From: an uncultured Pelagibacteraceae bacterium
GTDB lineage: Bacteria; Pseudomonadota; Alphaproteobacteria; Pelagibacterales; Pelagibacteraceae
DNA: 64,000 nt
Reading direction: 5' to 3'
NCBI GenBank assembly: GCA_902536925.1
Contig: CACAZL010000002.1
Location: forward strand, 25,762 to 89,761
Shown here: piece after piece, positions 11,657 to 23,180 of the stretch
How the letters are laid out: each line of letters starts with the position of its first letter
How positions within the stretch are numbered: the stretch's first letter is position 1
Translations under genes and position numbers: made by a program
Notes under the pieces: model-generated
What the model was told of the DNA's origin: nothing
Databases searched by the model: none
The model's input: the letters and a program-made list of their open reading frames with translations, nothing else

Positions 11657-12583
11657 TTAACTTTTAGCAACTTTAATATCTTTCTTTATCTGTTTTCTTA
11701 AAGCATCAATATTTTTAAATTTAGTTTCTCCTCTAATAAATTTTGTAAAATTAATAGTTAGATTTTTATTATAAAGATTTCCAGAAAATTTAAATAAATT
11801 TACCTCTAATAATAATTTTTTTTGATTAAAAGTAGGTCTATAACCAATATTTGCTATTCCTTTGATCCTTTTTCTGTTTTTTTCAATATAAACATCAACT
11901 GCATAAACACCTACCTTTGGTATTACATAATTTTTTATATTTATGTTACATGTAGGAAAGCCAATTTTTCTTCCCATCATTCTACCCTTTTCAACAACAC
12001 CTTCTATTGACCAATATCTAGATAAAAGTTGATTTGCGATTTTTAAATTACCATTTTCAATTAATTTTCTTATTAATGTTGAAGAAATAATTTTATTTTT
12101 TTTATATAACGGTTTTGGATTAATTAATTTATAATTATATTTTTTTTGAAATCTTTTTAATAAATTAACATCTCCCTCTCTTCTATTGCCAAATCTAAAA
12201 TTATTACTAACGAAGATATAATCTGCGTTTAACTTTTTACATAAAATATTTTTAATAAAATTATGACAAGATATTTTAGAGAATTTTTTATCAAATTTTT
12301 TATTTATTAAAAAATCTATGTTATAATCACTAAAATATTTGCTTTTTTGATTAAGGTTTGAAAGTCGATAATTGGTAATACTTTTATTAAAATACATTTT
12401 AGGTATTGGATCAAAAGTCACTACTCCAATTTTTGAATTATATTTTTTTTTATATTTTTTTGCTTCTTTGAATAATCTTTGATGGCCTAAATGTAACCCA
12501 TCAAAATTACCAATTAATATCATAGCATTTTGATGTTTTCTTAAAATCTTGAAATTTTTGTAGATTTTAATTTTTTTCACCAT
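11657..12583 (-). CDS. ribF: Riboflavin kinase/FAD synthetase
   Basis: GNFDGLHLGH, ISSTLIR, GRKIGFPT.N, IGYRPT. Confidence 0.96.
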   Translation of the reverse strand: MVKKIKIYKNFKILRKHQNAMILIGNFDGLHLGHQRLFKEAKKYKKKYNSKIGVVTFDPIPKMYFNKSITNYRLSNLNQKSKYFSDYNIDFLINKKFDKKFSKISCHNFIKNILCKKLNADYIFVSNNFRFGNRREGDVNLLKRFQKKYNYKLINPKPLYKKNKIISSTLIRKLIENGNLKIANQLLSRYWSIEGVVEKGRMMGRKIGFPTCNINIKNYVIPKVGVYAVDVYIEKNRKRIKGIANIGYRPTFNQKKLLLEVNLFKFSGNLYNKNLTINFTKFIRGETKFKNIDALRKQIKKDIKVAKS

Positions 12584-13392
12584 TTCAATTTTGTTTGAGT
12601 GTAATTCACATTCACTCCATATTTTTTTTCTAATTTATCAATATTAAAATCACTTAATTCTTTTTTATGTACACCGCTCGTTATTAACAGATTGTCAAAA
12701 TTTTGAATATTAGCTCCTTTTATATCTGTATTCATATTATCTCCGATACATAAGACATTTTTACCATTTATGTTAGCAGATAAATTATAAACTGGAGGAT
12801 AAGGTTTTCCAAAATAAATTACTTTTCCACCAATTTCTTCAAATATTTTTGCAACTGATCCAGCGCAAAACTCCCTTGCGTCTCCTCTATCTACAATTAA
12901 ATCTGGATTAGTGCACACAAATTTTTTATTTGAAAATTTTTGAAGTAAATCTTTATAATATTCAAGTTTTGTCTCATGATCTTCAAATAACCCTGTACAA
13001 ATAAAATAATCAGCTTGATTAATATTACTAACTTTATTTTGTTCAAATCTTTTAAATAAGTCAAAATCTCTTGGTGGTCCAATGTGATAAAATTTTGAAT
13101 TTATAAAATTTTCCATTAAATATTTTAACGAAGCTTCTCCTGAGGTGTATACATCTTCATAAAATTTTTTAAGTCCCATTTTTTTTAAAAAATCAATAAC
13201 TGTAGAATTTGGTCTTGGAGCATTGGTAAGCAATACAAACTCTTTATTATTTTTTTTTAAATTTTCTAATACTTCAATAGAATCCTCAAAAATTTGTAAT
13301 CCGTTATGGATCACTCCCCATATATCGATAAAAAATAATTCGTAACTGTTTATTTTAGATCTTAATCCATCTTTGTCTAAGTTTTGGGGCAT
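12577..13392 (-). CDS. HAD-superfamily hydrolase, subfamily IIA (TIGR01459-like)
   Basis: DIWGV, LTNAPR, NPDLIV, GKPY, IGDNMNTDI. Confidence 0.85.
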   Translation of the reverse strand: MPQNLDKDGLRSKINSYELFFIDIWGVIHNGLQIFEDSIEVLENLKKNNKEFVLLTNAPRPNSTVIDFLKKMGLKKFYEDVYTSGEASLKYLMENFINSKFYHIGPPRDFDLFKRFEQNKVSNINQADYFICTGLFEDHETKLEYYKDLLQKFSNKKFVCTNPDLIVDRGDAREFCAGSVAKIFEEIGGKVIYFGKPYPPVYNLSANINGKNVLCIGDNMNTDIKGANIQNFDNLLITSGVHKKELSDFNIDKLEKKYGVNVNYTQTKLKW

Positions 13393-13459
13393 ACTTGAGG
13401 TATAGCTTAAAAATAAGCTTTATTCTTGGGTTTTTTAGACCATAATTTTTATTCAAGAT

Positions 13460-13488
13460 CTTGAAAATTATTAAATATGTCTCTATAT
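13460..13488 (+). promoter_or_regulatory. Putative RpoH (sigma32) promoter of groESL
   Basis: CTTGAA-N16-TCTATAT resembles the alphaproteobacterial RpoH consensus CTTGAA-N15/16-CCTATAT; same layout upstream of ibpA. Confidence 0.7.
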
Positions 13489-13514
13489 GACTGCTAATTT
13501 AAAGGAGAATTTGT

Positions 13515-13808
13515 ATGAAGTTTAAACCGTTACATGACCGTGTTTTAATAGAAGTTTTAGATAGCAGCGAAAAAACTGCTGGTGGCATAATTATTCCAGA
13601 TACAGCTCAAGAAAAACCTCAAGAAGGTAAAGTTGTTGCTGTCGGCGGAGGTGCAAAAACTGAAGATGGAAAACTAATACCTATGGACGTTAAAGTAGGA
13701 GATAAAGTTTTATTCGGTAAGTGGTCAGGAACAGAAGTTAAAATTGATGGTAAAGAGTACAGCATAATGAAAGAATCTGACATTATGGGTATTGCAACAG
13801 GTAAATAA
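13515..13808 (+). CDS. groES: Co-chaperonin GroES
   Basis: [21 protein letters not shown]; SD AGGAG upstream. Confidence 0.98.
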   Translation: MKFKPLHDRVLIEVLDSSEKTAGGIIIPDTAQEKPQEGKVVAVGGGAKTEDGKLIPMDVKVGDKVLFGKWSGTEVKIDGKEYSIMKESDIMGIATGK

Positions 13809-13815
13809 TTAATAA

Positions 13816-15483
<1,668 letters not shown>

Positions 15484-15509
15484 TCCCCATTGTTCTCAAA
15501 CAAAAATTT

Positions 15510-15542
15510 AAAAAGGGCAGTTTTTACTGCCCTTTTTTTTTT
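15510..15542 (+). terminator. Intrinsic terminator after groEL
   Basis: AAAAAGGGCAGT-TTTT-ACTGCCCTTTTT followed by a long T run. Confidence 0.9.
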
Positions 15543-15623
15543 CTTGTTTTAAAGGTTTTCTTTACATTGGTAAATTCCTATTTCGAACATTGAATTTAAA
15601 TAGTGACTTAGATAAAGTTTCTT

Positions 15624-15977
15624 GTGAAAAAAATTATTTTTATAATACTAATTTCAACCTTTTCTTTAATATCTTCGGTTATTTCTGATGAATTAAACTG
15701 TGAATTTTTCAGTGGAGCATGGGAAGGAAATAAAAAAGGTGCAGGTTATAAAGGTGATCTTAAAATTGTTTTTGATGATAATTGCAACTACGATATATTT
15801 AAAGATGATGGAAAAATATTAACACCAGGTAAAATTAAGATAAAGAAAGGTACTAAAGTTACTTATAAAAATAAAGCAGGTTCAAGAGGTAAGGTTACAC
15901 TAGAAGATGTAACTTTAACATGGAAAAATACATACACTGGCAATAATTACAAAATTATTGTAAAAAGAAATAATTGA
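15624..15977 (+). CDS. Hypothetical exported protein
   Basis: GTG start, signal-peptide-like N-terminus, two Cys, beta-rich; family not recognised. Confidence 0.65.
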   Translation: MKKIIFIILISTFSLISSVISDELNCEFFSGAWEGNKKGAGYKGDLKIVFDDNCNYDIFKDDGKILTPGKIKIKKGTKVTYKNKAGSRGKVTLEDVTLTWKNTYTGNNYKIIVKRNN

Positions 15978-15981
15978 AACT

Positions 15982-16377
15982 ATGAAAATTTTAATCAAAT
16001 CAATAATTTTATTACTCTTATTTTATGTTCCGACCTCAGCTAATGAATTTTCATTTAATTTTGAATGGGGAAACTTAAAAAGTTGTACATCTGGTAAACC
16101 AAATAAAGTTTCTAATCCAATCTTTGAACTAAAAAATGTTCCAGAGGGGACAAAAGAACTAAGATTTAAAATGAAAGATAAAGATGTTCCAGGATATAAT
16201 CATGGTGGTGGAAAAATTAAGGATTACAATGGAAATCTAACTATTCAACCTGGTGCCTTTAAATATAAAAGCCCATGTCCTCCCGATGGTTCTCATACCT
16301 ATGAGTGGACTATAACTGCAATAGGAGAGAAAAAGAAAAAACTTGGTAAAGCAAAAGCAACCAAAAAATATCCTTAA
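15982..16377 (+). CDS. Exported PEBP (YbhB/YbcL-like) protein
   Basis: Signal peptide; VPEGTKEL, D.D.P, YKSPCPPDGSHTYEWTITA matches the PEBP family motif. Confidence 0.75.
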   Translation: MKILIKSIILLLLFYVPTSANEFSFNFEWGNLKSCTSGKPNKVSNPIFELKNVPEGTKELRFKMKDKDVPGYNHGGGKIKDYNGNLTIQPGAFKYKSPCPPDGSHTYEWTITAIGEKKKKLGKAKATKKYP

Positions 16378-16383
16378 TATCCT

Positions 16384-18012
16384 TTGAATTCAGAAAAAAA
16401 TCATTTTAACAAATATCTTTTACTAATTTTTTTTACTGGAGCTGTAGTATTATCCTTAGAATTGTTAGCTTCAAGAATACTAACACCATTTTTTGGTGTA
16501 AGCCTTTACATCTGGACTTCTATATTATCAATAACTTTAATTTTTTTGGCAATTGGATATCAATTTGGTGGATGGCTAACATCAAAAATTAACGGCGAAC
16601 TTTATGAAGATGTTTTTATTTTTATTCCTTTTTTAAGTTCATTTTTTATTTTAATTTCTTCAATTATTTATCCAATTTTATTTCCTCACTTAATTGGAAT
16701 AAACTTGTTAGTTGGCAGCTTTATCGGAAGCTTAGTTTTATTGTCTGTCCCATTGGTATTAATGTCTGCGCTTAATCCTATTCTAATATCAATAATTAAA
16801 TCAAAAAATGATGACAGTAGCGATTCTAAATCAGGCTATGTTTTTTTTATAAGTACATTGGGTTCAGTCTTTGGTGTAATTTTTACAGCACTTTTTATAA
16901 TTCCGAATTTTACAAATTTTAATTCATTTATATTAAATGCTTTGTTTTTAATTAGTATAAATTTACTAATTTATTTTCTAATTGGTTATTCATTTTTTAG
17001 AAAATTAAAAAAAAAATTTATATTTTTAAATATTCTCTTATTTGGAATACTAATTTTGATTTTAGTTAATAAAGAGAATTATCTTTCATACTTTACCAAA
17101 TCAACCGATTTGAACGATAACGAGTATTTAATACTTTATGAGAAACCATCTTTTTATGGAAATCTTAAGGTAATCGGTTACAAACCAAAAAACAGTGAGG
17201 CAGAAACCCATTATATTCTTTATCAAAATGGTTTTACACAAAATACTGTTGCAAAAAATGGAGACTCTTTAAATACTTATATTCATGTCTTAAACAATTT
17301 ATCAATGAGTTCTGAAATAGGAAATGCCCTAGTTCTTGGATTTGGAGCGGGAGCACTACCAAATTATCTTGAAAGTAAAAAATACAATGTTGATGTAGTT
17401 GAAATAGATCCTTTAACTTTAGAAATAGCTAAAGAATATTTTAATTATAAAAAAAAAAAATCAAACATATTTTTTGAAGATGCCAGAACATTTGTAAAAA
17501 ATTGTAAAAAAAAATATGATCTTGTTGTTATTGATTTATTTTTCGGAGATGGGGTACCTGAACATCTGACAACAAAAGAATTTTATAGAGATGTAAAAAA
17601 ATGTATGGTTAAAGATGGTATATTGCTAAATAATACAGTTGTAGATCTTGATAAAGTAGAAACTCTTGATTTTGTGCTATCCACTTTTAGATCAGAATTT
17701 AAAAATATTTTTTATTTTTTTGACAAAGAACTTATAGAAAAAACAGGTGCAAACATTACTAATCTTTATGTTTTGTCTACAGATAAAAAAAAAATTAAAG
17801 ATCTAAAAATTGATTATAGTCAAATCCCTCAAACTCTAAGAAAAAGAGTGTCTTCAACATTAAACAACATAAAAAAGTATGAGAATGAAGACTATTCAAG
17901 AAATGTTATAATTGATGAAATGAATAATTACTCTCATTTGTTTGCTAAAAGCATGTCTTCATTTAGAAAACTTATTAGTACTTCGATTCCCTCAAGAATT
18001 TTGATTAATTAG
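16384..18012 (+). CDS. Membrane domain fused to spermidine-synthase-like methyltransferase fold
   Basis: Multi-TM N-terminus (ELLASRIL.PFFG.S.Y.W); LVLGFGAG, VEIDP, EDAR, VPEHLTTKEFY. Confidence 0.85.
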   Translation: MNSEKNHFNKYLLLIFFTGAVVLSLELLASRILTPFFGVSLYIWTSILSITLIFLAIGYQFGGWLTSKINGELYEDVFIFIPFLSSFFILISSIIYPILFPHLIGINLLVGSFIGSLVLLSVPLVLMSALNPILISIIKSKNDDSSDSKSGYVFFISTLGSVFGVIFTALFIIPNFTNFNSFILNALFLISINLLIYFLIGYSFFRKLKKKFIFLNILLFGILILILVNKENYLSYFTKSTDLNDNEYLILYEKPSFYGNLKVIGYKPKNSEAETHYILYQNGFTQNTVAKNGDSLNTYIHVLNNLSMSSEIGNALVLGFGAGALPNYLESKKYNVDVVEIDPLTLEIAKEYFNYKKKKSNIFFEDARTFVKNCKKKYDLVVIDLFFGDGVPEHLTTKEFYRDVKKCMVKDGILLNNTVVDLDKVETLDFVLSTFRSEFKNIFYFFDKELIEKTGANITNLYVLSTDKKKIKDLKIDYSQIPQTLRKRVSSTLNNIKKYENEDYSRNVIIDEMNNYSHLFAKSMSSFRKLISTSIPSRILIN

Positions 18013-18105
18013 TAAGATATATATTTGTATAATTTCTATATTTGTTGAAAAATATAAATATTTAACTGTTTTCAAATCAGAAAATTAATATATAAGGACG
18101 CGCAA

Positions 18106-19932
18106 ATGACAACATCTATACGTAACATCACTATAATTGCCCACGTTGATCATGGCAAAACTACTTTGATCGATAACTTGATGAAACAGAGTGGTTCTTT
18201 TAGAGAAAATGAAGTTGTTGATGAAAGACTAATGGACTCTGGCGAACTTGAAAAGGAAAGAGGTATTACAATTCTTGCCAAACCAGCTTCCATAAATTGG
18301 AAAGATTCTAGAATTAATATTATTGATACACCTGGACACAGAGATTTTGCTGCAGAAGTTGAAAGAGTTCTTAGTATGGCTGATGGTGCATTATTATTGA
18401 TAGATTCAGCCGAAGGGGTAATGCCTCAAACTAAATTTGTATTAGCGAAAGCACTTAAACAAGGCCTTAAACCAATAGTAGTTATTAATAAATTAGACAA
18501 GGCCGACCAAAGAGCCGATGAAGTTTTAAATGAAACTTTCGATTTATTTGTCAGCTTAGATGCAAATGAAGAACAATTAGACTTTCCAGTTATTTATGCA
18601 AGTGGAAGATCTGGCTGGGCATCTAAAGAAATAGATGGCCCAAGAGAGAATTTAAATCCATTATTAGATTTAGTAATAGATCATGTTAAGCCAGCAGAAT
18701 TTGACAAGACCAAACCTTTTGCAATGCTTTCGACTCTTTTATATGCAGACAGTTTTTTGGGTAGAAGTTTAGTTGGTAGAATCTCTCAAGGAACTGCAAA
18801 AGCAAATCAACAAATCAAGGCAATTAATCTTGATGGAGAAAAAGTTGATGCGGGAAGGTTGACTAAAATATTTAGATATGAGGGGACAAAAAAAGTACCA
18901 ATAGAAGTTGGCGAAGCTGGAGATATTGTAGTTATCGCTGGATTAGAAAAAGCAAATGTTGCTGATACAATATGTGATACTGAGGTAGATATACCAATTC
19001 AAGCAACCCCGATTGATCCTCCAACGATGTCTATTAAGATTACAGTAAATAGTTCTCCATTAGCTGGAACTGAGGGTAAAAAACTTACAAGTACTCAAAT
19101 TAGAGAGAGATTAGTTCAAGAAGCTCAAAATAATGTTGGGATTTCATTTTCAGAGAATGAAAACAAAGATTCATTTGAAATAAGCGGAAGAGGTGAATTG
19201 ATGTTAGAAATATTATTAACACAAATGAGACGTGAAGGGTTTGAAATGACAGTCAGCCCTCCTAGAGTTTTATTTCAAAAAAATGAAAATGGTGAAAAAT
19301 TAGAACCCATTGAAGAAATTACTATGGATCTTGACGAAGAGTTTTCTTCAAAAGTTATAGACTCCATGAATAAAAGAAAAGGAAAGTTAATAGATCTTAA
19401 AGATACTGGAAAAAATAAAAAACGATTAATCTTTCATGCACCAACTAGAGGTTTAATGGGATACACTAGTAGATTTCTTACTCTAACTAAAGGAACAGGA
19501 GTAATAAACAGAATATTCCATTCCTATGGAAAATTTGAGGGAGATATGGAAGGCAGAAGAAATGGTGCATTAATTTCTATGGAGCAAGGAAAAGCAGTAG
19601 CATTTGCAATTTATAATCTACAGGCAAGAGGAGAAATGTTTGTTACTCATAACGATCCGGTTTATTCAGGTATGATTGTAGGATTGTCACCTAAACCTGG
19701 TGATATGATTATAAATGTCATGAAAGGAAAAAAACTTACAAATATGAGGACACAAGGAACAGATGAAAATGTTGTTTTAACTCCCGTAAGAAAGATGTCT
19801 ATTGCTGAACAATTGAGTATGTTAAATTCTGATGAAGCACTAGAAATTACACCAAATTCATGCAGATTGAGGAAAGCTGTGCTTGATCCTCACGAGAGAA
19901 AAAAGCTCTCTAAATTATCTGAAGCTTCTTAA
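18106..19932 (+). CDS. typA: Translational GTPase TypA/BipA
   Basis: IAHVDHGKTTL, ERGITILAK, DTPGH, NKLD, GRGEL. Confidence 0.97.
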   Translation: MTTSIRNITIIAHVDHGKTTLIDNLMKQSGSFRENEVVDERLMDSGELEKERGITILAKPASINWKDSRINIIDTPGHRDFAAEVERVLSMADGALLLIDSAEGVMPQTKFVLAKALKQGLKPIVVINKLDKADQRADEVLNETFDLFVSLDANEEQLDFPVIYASGRSGWASKEIDGPRENLNPLLDLVIDHVKPAEFDKTKPFAMLSTLLYADSFLGRSLVGRISQGTAKANQQIKAINLDGEKVDAGRLTKIFRYEGTKKVPIEVGEAGDIVVIAGLEKANVADTICDTEVDIPIQATPIDPPTMSIKITVNSSPLAGTEGKKLTSTQIRERLVQEAQNNVGISFSENENKDSFEISGRGELMLEILLTQMRREGFEMTVSPPRVLFQKNENGEKLEPIEEITMDLDEEFSSKVIDSMNKRKGKLIDLKDTGKNKKRLIFHAPTRGLMGYTSRFLTLTKGTGVINRIFHSYGKFEGDMEGRRNGALISMEQGKAVAFAIYNLQARGEMFVTHNDPVYSGMIVGLSPKPGDMIINVMKGKKLTNMRTQGTDENVVLTPVRKMSIAEQLSMLNSDEALEITPNSCRLRKAVLDPHERKKLSKLSEAS

Positions 19933-19937
19933 AATTA

Positions 19938-20393
19938 TTATTCAGATTTATTTTTGGTAAAAGGCAGCCACTTTTCAAACGCTGATTTACTAGGTCCGTC
20001 ATATGGAATTGAGTAAGAGTTTGTTCTTGTCAATACTTCAATTCCTTTTGAGAAAACAAAAATAAAAACAATGACAAAAACAATTGTCATTATTTTAAAT
20101 GGATCAAAATTTTTTGTCTTAAAAACACTCACAGCTTTTGCTTCAGCTCTATGAAATTGTTTAAACGTATAATAAACAGCAAATATTAAACCTATATGAG
20201 CAACATATGTCCCTGCCCAACCAAATGCAAAAGTGGCATAAGAAAATACGTATAAACTAAATACTGTTGTCCATATAAAACTCAAAACTAATAATATTTG
20301 TAGTCTCACAGTTTTGGGAAGGGCTCTTAAATCATTTTTACTATCGTCAAATAGTATATTCGCCGATTCTTTCATCCAATTTTTTATAGACAT
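19938..20393 (-). CDS. Hypothetical membrane protein (about 3 TM)
   Basis: Open 151-aa frame with hydrophobic helices filling the gap between genes. Confidence 0.7.
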   Translation of the reverse strand: MSIKNWMKESANILFDDSKNDLRALPKTVRLQILLVLSFIWTTVFSLYVFSYATFAFGWAGTYVAHIGLIFAVYYTFKQFHRAEAKAVSVFKTKNFDPFKIMTIVFVIVFIFVFSKGIEVLTRTNSYSIPYDGPSKSAFEKWLPFTKNKSE

Positions 20394-20453
20394 AATTTAT
20401 ACTTACAATTTTTATTCAATATTAACAATCGACTAATTGTCCACTAAAAACAT

Positions 20454-21101
20454 TTACTTCGTAACTTTATCCACAATATAAATTCCTAAAGCTACTGCAG
20501 GACCTATACCAAATGCAAATATTATAGTGCCCAAACCAACAGTTCCTCCCAAATACCAACCAGATATAACAGCTGAAATTTCCAAAGTAGCTCGAATTAA
20601 AGCAATAGGAAGTTGAGTTTTTTTTGTTAGACCTGTCATCAATCCATCTCTTGGACCAGGACCTAAATTTGCAATTAAATATATCCCACTTCCTAGACCG
20701 ACAAGCAAAACAGAAAATACAGCAAGAATATATTTTGAAAAAGTAGCTAAAGGAGGATCAAAAAGAAAAAGTGTCAAATCGATTATAGTTGCTATAATTA
20801 AAATATTTAGAATTGTACCAATTCCTGGTTTTTGTTTTAGTGGAAACCAAAACCCTAAAACAATAATACTTATTATGAATGTAGATAATCCGATCGAAAT
20901 ATTTAATATGTTTGATAACCCTTCTGCAAGAACAGACCATGGAGAATTACCAGTAGTAGAAACTAATAAAAGACCCTCCCCCAAACCAAATAAAGTTAAT
21001 CCAAAACATAAGAGTATAAAAGTTGTAAATTTAGGTTTTAAATTTAAAGGTTTTTCTGAACTCCAGGATTTTGAGGGAATATTTTTAATGGTTAAAAACA
21101 T
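20454..21101 (-). CDS. YczE/YyaS/YitT-family membrane protein
   Basis: GNSPW..LAEG, PGIGTILN, LGPGPRDGLMTGL, GGTVGLGT. Confidence 0.85.
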   Translation of the reverse strand: MFLTIKNIPSKSWSSEKPLNLKPKFTTFILLCFGLTLFGLGEGLLLVSTTGNSPWSVLAEGLSNILNISIGLSTFIISIIVLGFWFPLKQKPGIGTILNILIIATIIDLTLFLFDPPLATFSKYILAVFSVLLVGLGSGIYLIANLGPGPRDGLMTGLTKKTQLPIALIRATLEISAVISGWYLGGTVGLGTIIFAFGIGPAVALGIYIVDKVTK

Positions 21102-21180
21102 AATTATTTAGACTATTTATCTTTTAAACATAGAAATTCTATATAAAGTTCTAACAAGTTAATTAAAATAATATGAAATA

Positions 21181-21858
21181 ATGAGAAAATTCTTGGTAAT
21201 TTTGTTGGTTTTATCTTCTCTTTTTTTGCAAGCACATACTGATCACTATAAAAATTATTCAAACATAAAAATGGAAATATTTAAAGATGATGAAAAAATT
21301 GGAGAAAGTATTTTCACATTTAAAAAAGAAGAAAATAAATTTATTGTTAAAAATAAGACTAATTTCAATGTAAAATTATTGGGTGTTACAGTGTTCTCCA
21401 TAAATAGTAGAGGTACTGAAGAATATATTGGAGACCAATTAATTTCATTTAACTCAGAAACATTTCAAAACAATAAGAGAAAATATGTAAATTTAATTTT
21501 TGATGAAAAAAAAGAGAAGTTTATAATTGATGGTTCATCATATAAGGGTGAGGCGGATAAAGAAAATATAATCGGCCATTGGTGGAATCATAGAATTTTG
21601 CAAACTGAGACACAAATAAGTCCATTATCTGGAAGTGTAAAAAAACAAAACATAGAATTTTTAGGAAAAGAAAAAATTAAACTTTATAATAAAGAATATG
21701 ATGTAGAACACTTTAGACTATTTTCTACTGACCCAAATCTACCTGATGATAAAAAATTAAATTTTGAAGTATGGTATGATAAGAAAAAAGCATTGATTAT
21801 AAAAGTAGCTTATAAAAGAATGGGTTTATGGGAATATAGACTAAAAAAAATTCAATAA
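21181..21858 (+). CDS. Exported protein, DUF6134-like
   Basis: Signal peptide; IG...F, VKLLGVTVF, WWN, WYD pattern. Confidence 0.55.
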   Translation: MRKFLVILLVLSSLFLQAHTDHYKNYSNIKMEIFKDDEKIGESIFTFKKEENKFIVKNKTNFNVKLLGVTVFSINSRGTEEYIGDQLISFNSETFQNNKRKYVNLIFDEKKEKFIIDGSSYKGEADKENIIGHWWNHRILQTETQISPLSGSVKKQNIEFLGKEKIKLYNKEYDVEHFRLFSTDPNLPDDKKLNFEVWYDKKKALIIKVAYKRMGLWEYRLKKIQ

Positions 21859-23175
21859 TTATTTTCCCGCTACTGTCATTTGATTAATCAAAAGTGTAGG
21901 TGCATTTGTAGAGTACTTCATCTCTAGATCGTTTGCCAAAGTAATATTCTTAAACATTTCCTTAAAATTTCCAGCAATAGTTATTTCACTTACTGGGTAA
22001 GTTAATTCTCCATCCTCAACCATAAATCCTGACGCTCCAACTGAGTAATCTCCTGTAATAATATTACCTCCATGGCCTATAGTCTCTGTTATGTATAGAA
22101 ATTTTTTTTCTGAATTTAGCAAATCTTTAAAACTTAAGGTACCGTTTTCAAAGTATAAGTTTGTTGTTCCTCCAGACCTACCATTAGATTTTAAATTTAA
22201 CTTTTTACCATAATAAGTATCAATTAAATAATTTTTTAAAATGCCATTCTCAACTAGTTTCAGAGAATTTGTTTCAACACCCTCGCTATCAAAATTTTGA
22301 GAACCTAATCCTTTTTCAATTTTTGGATCATCGATGATATTAATTGAATTTGGAAAAACTTCAGAATTGATTTGATCTTTTAAAAAAGAAGTTCCTCTTG
22401 CAATAGCACTCGCACTTATTGCAGTTGCTAGTGTGCTTAATATTCCTTTGGAAATTCTTTTATCGAATATAACCCCGATTTTTTCACTCTTGATTTTTTT
22501 TGGGCCTAACTTTTTTATTGCTTTATCAGCAGCTATTTTTCCAATTTCTTCTGGTTTCATCATATCTTGCAAGAATCTAGTGCTACCAAACTCATAATCT
22601 CTTTCCATTGCACCGTTAATTTTTGATACAGCTACACATGAAGATGAAAAATTTGAGGTTTTGTATCCACTTAAAAAACCATTACTGTTTGCGAGTATAA
22701 AATTATTTTTATTTTCAGTAAAACCAGCTTCAGTATTAACTATTTTTTCGTCCGTTGATGCTGTTTCTTCAACTTTTTTTAAAAATTCGATCTTTTTATC
22801 ATTTGGATAATGTGTTTCATCATAGAGATTAAGGTCTCTTATCTCTTTAGACATTAAATCTTTATCTGGTAAAGAATTATTTTCATCTGATGGAGTGATT
22901 TTTGTAGCGTCAATACAACGTTCTATTAATTTTTCTAAGTTTGATTTAGATAAATCTGATGAATTAATGCTTGATTTTTTTTTCTCTATATAAGTAGTTA
23001 AATTAACAGCAAAACTATCTGCTCTATTTGACTCGTCTAATTTTTTGTTTCTAAAACTAACATTTTCTGAGACAGAGTGAATTACTTTTACACCAACATC
23101 TGTGGCTCCTAGTTTTTTAGAGTTTTCAATACAATAAGACGCTATATCTTTTAAAAATTCCTGATCCTTTATCAT
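21859..23175 (-). CDS. pmbA: TldE/PmbA protease subunit
   Basis: FDSEG, TGDYSVGASGF, PVSEITIAGN; no HExxH; co-oriented after tldD. Confidence 0.92.
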   Translation of the reverse strand: MIKDQEFLKDIASYCIENSKKLGATDVGVKVIHSVSENVSFRNKKLDESNRADSFAVNLTTYIEKKKSSINSSDLSKSNLEKLIERCIDATKITPSDENNSLPDKDLMSKEIRDLNLYDETHYPNDKKIEFLKKVEETASTDEKIVNTEAGFTENKNNFILANSNGFLSGYKTSNFSSSCVAVSKINGAMERDYEFGSTRFLQDMMKPEEIGKIAADKAIKKLGPKKIKSEKIGVIFDKRISKGILSTLATAISASAIARGTSFLKDQINSEVFPNSINIIDDPKIEKGLGSQNFDSEGVETNSLKLVENGILKNYLIDTYYGKKLNLKSNGRSGGTTNLYFENGTLSFKDLLNSEKKFLYITETIGHGGNIITGDYSVGASGFMVEDGELTYPVSEITIAGNFKEMFKNITLANDLEMKYSTNAPTLLINQMTVAGK

Positions 23176-23180
23176 TTATA

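Noticed and set aside
15560-15570. CTTTACATTGG shared with 62525-62535, both upstream of polyamine-related genes
   Set aside because: An 11-mer match is plausible by chance in AT-rich DNA and probably just reflects a TTTACA -35-like hexamer
17449-17460. A12 tract in a CDS (also T tracts in waaA and rsmD) as phase variation
   Set aside because: Frames are intact, and homopolymers are ubiquitous here because of Lys/Phe codons
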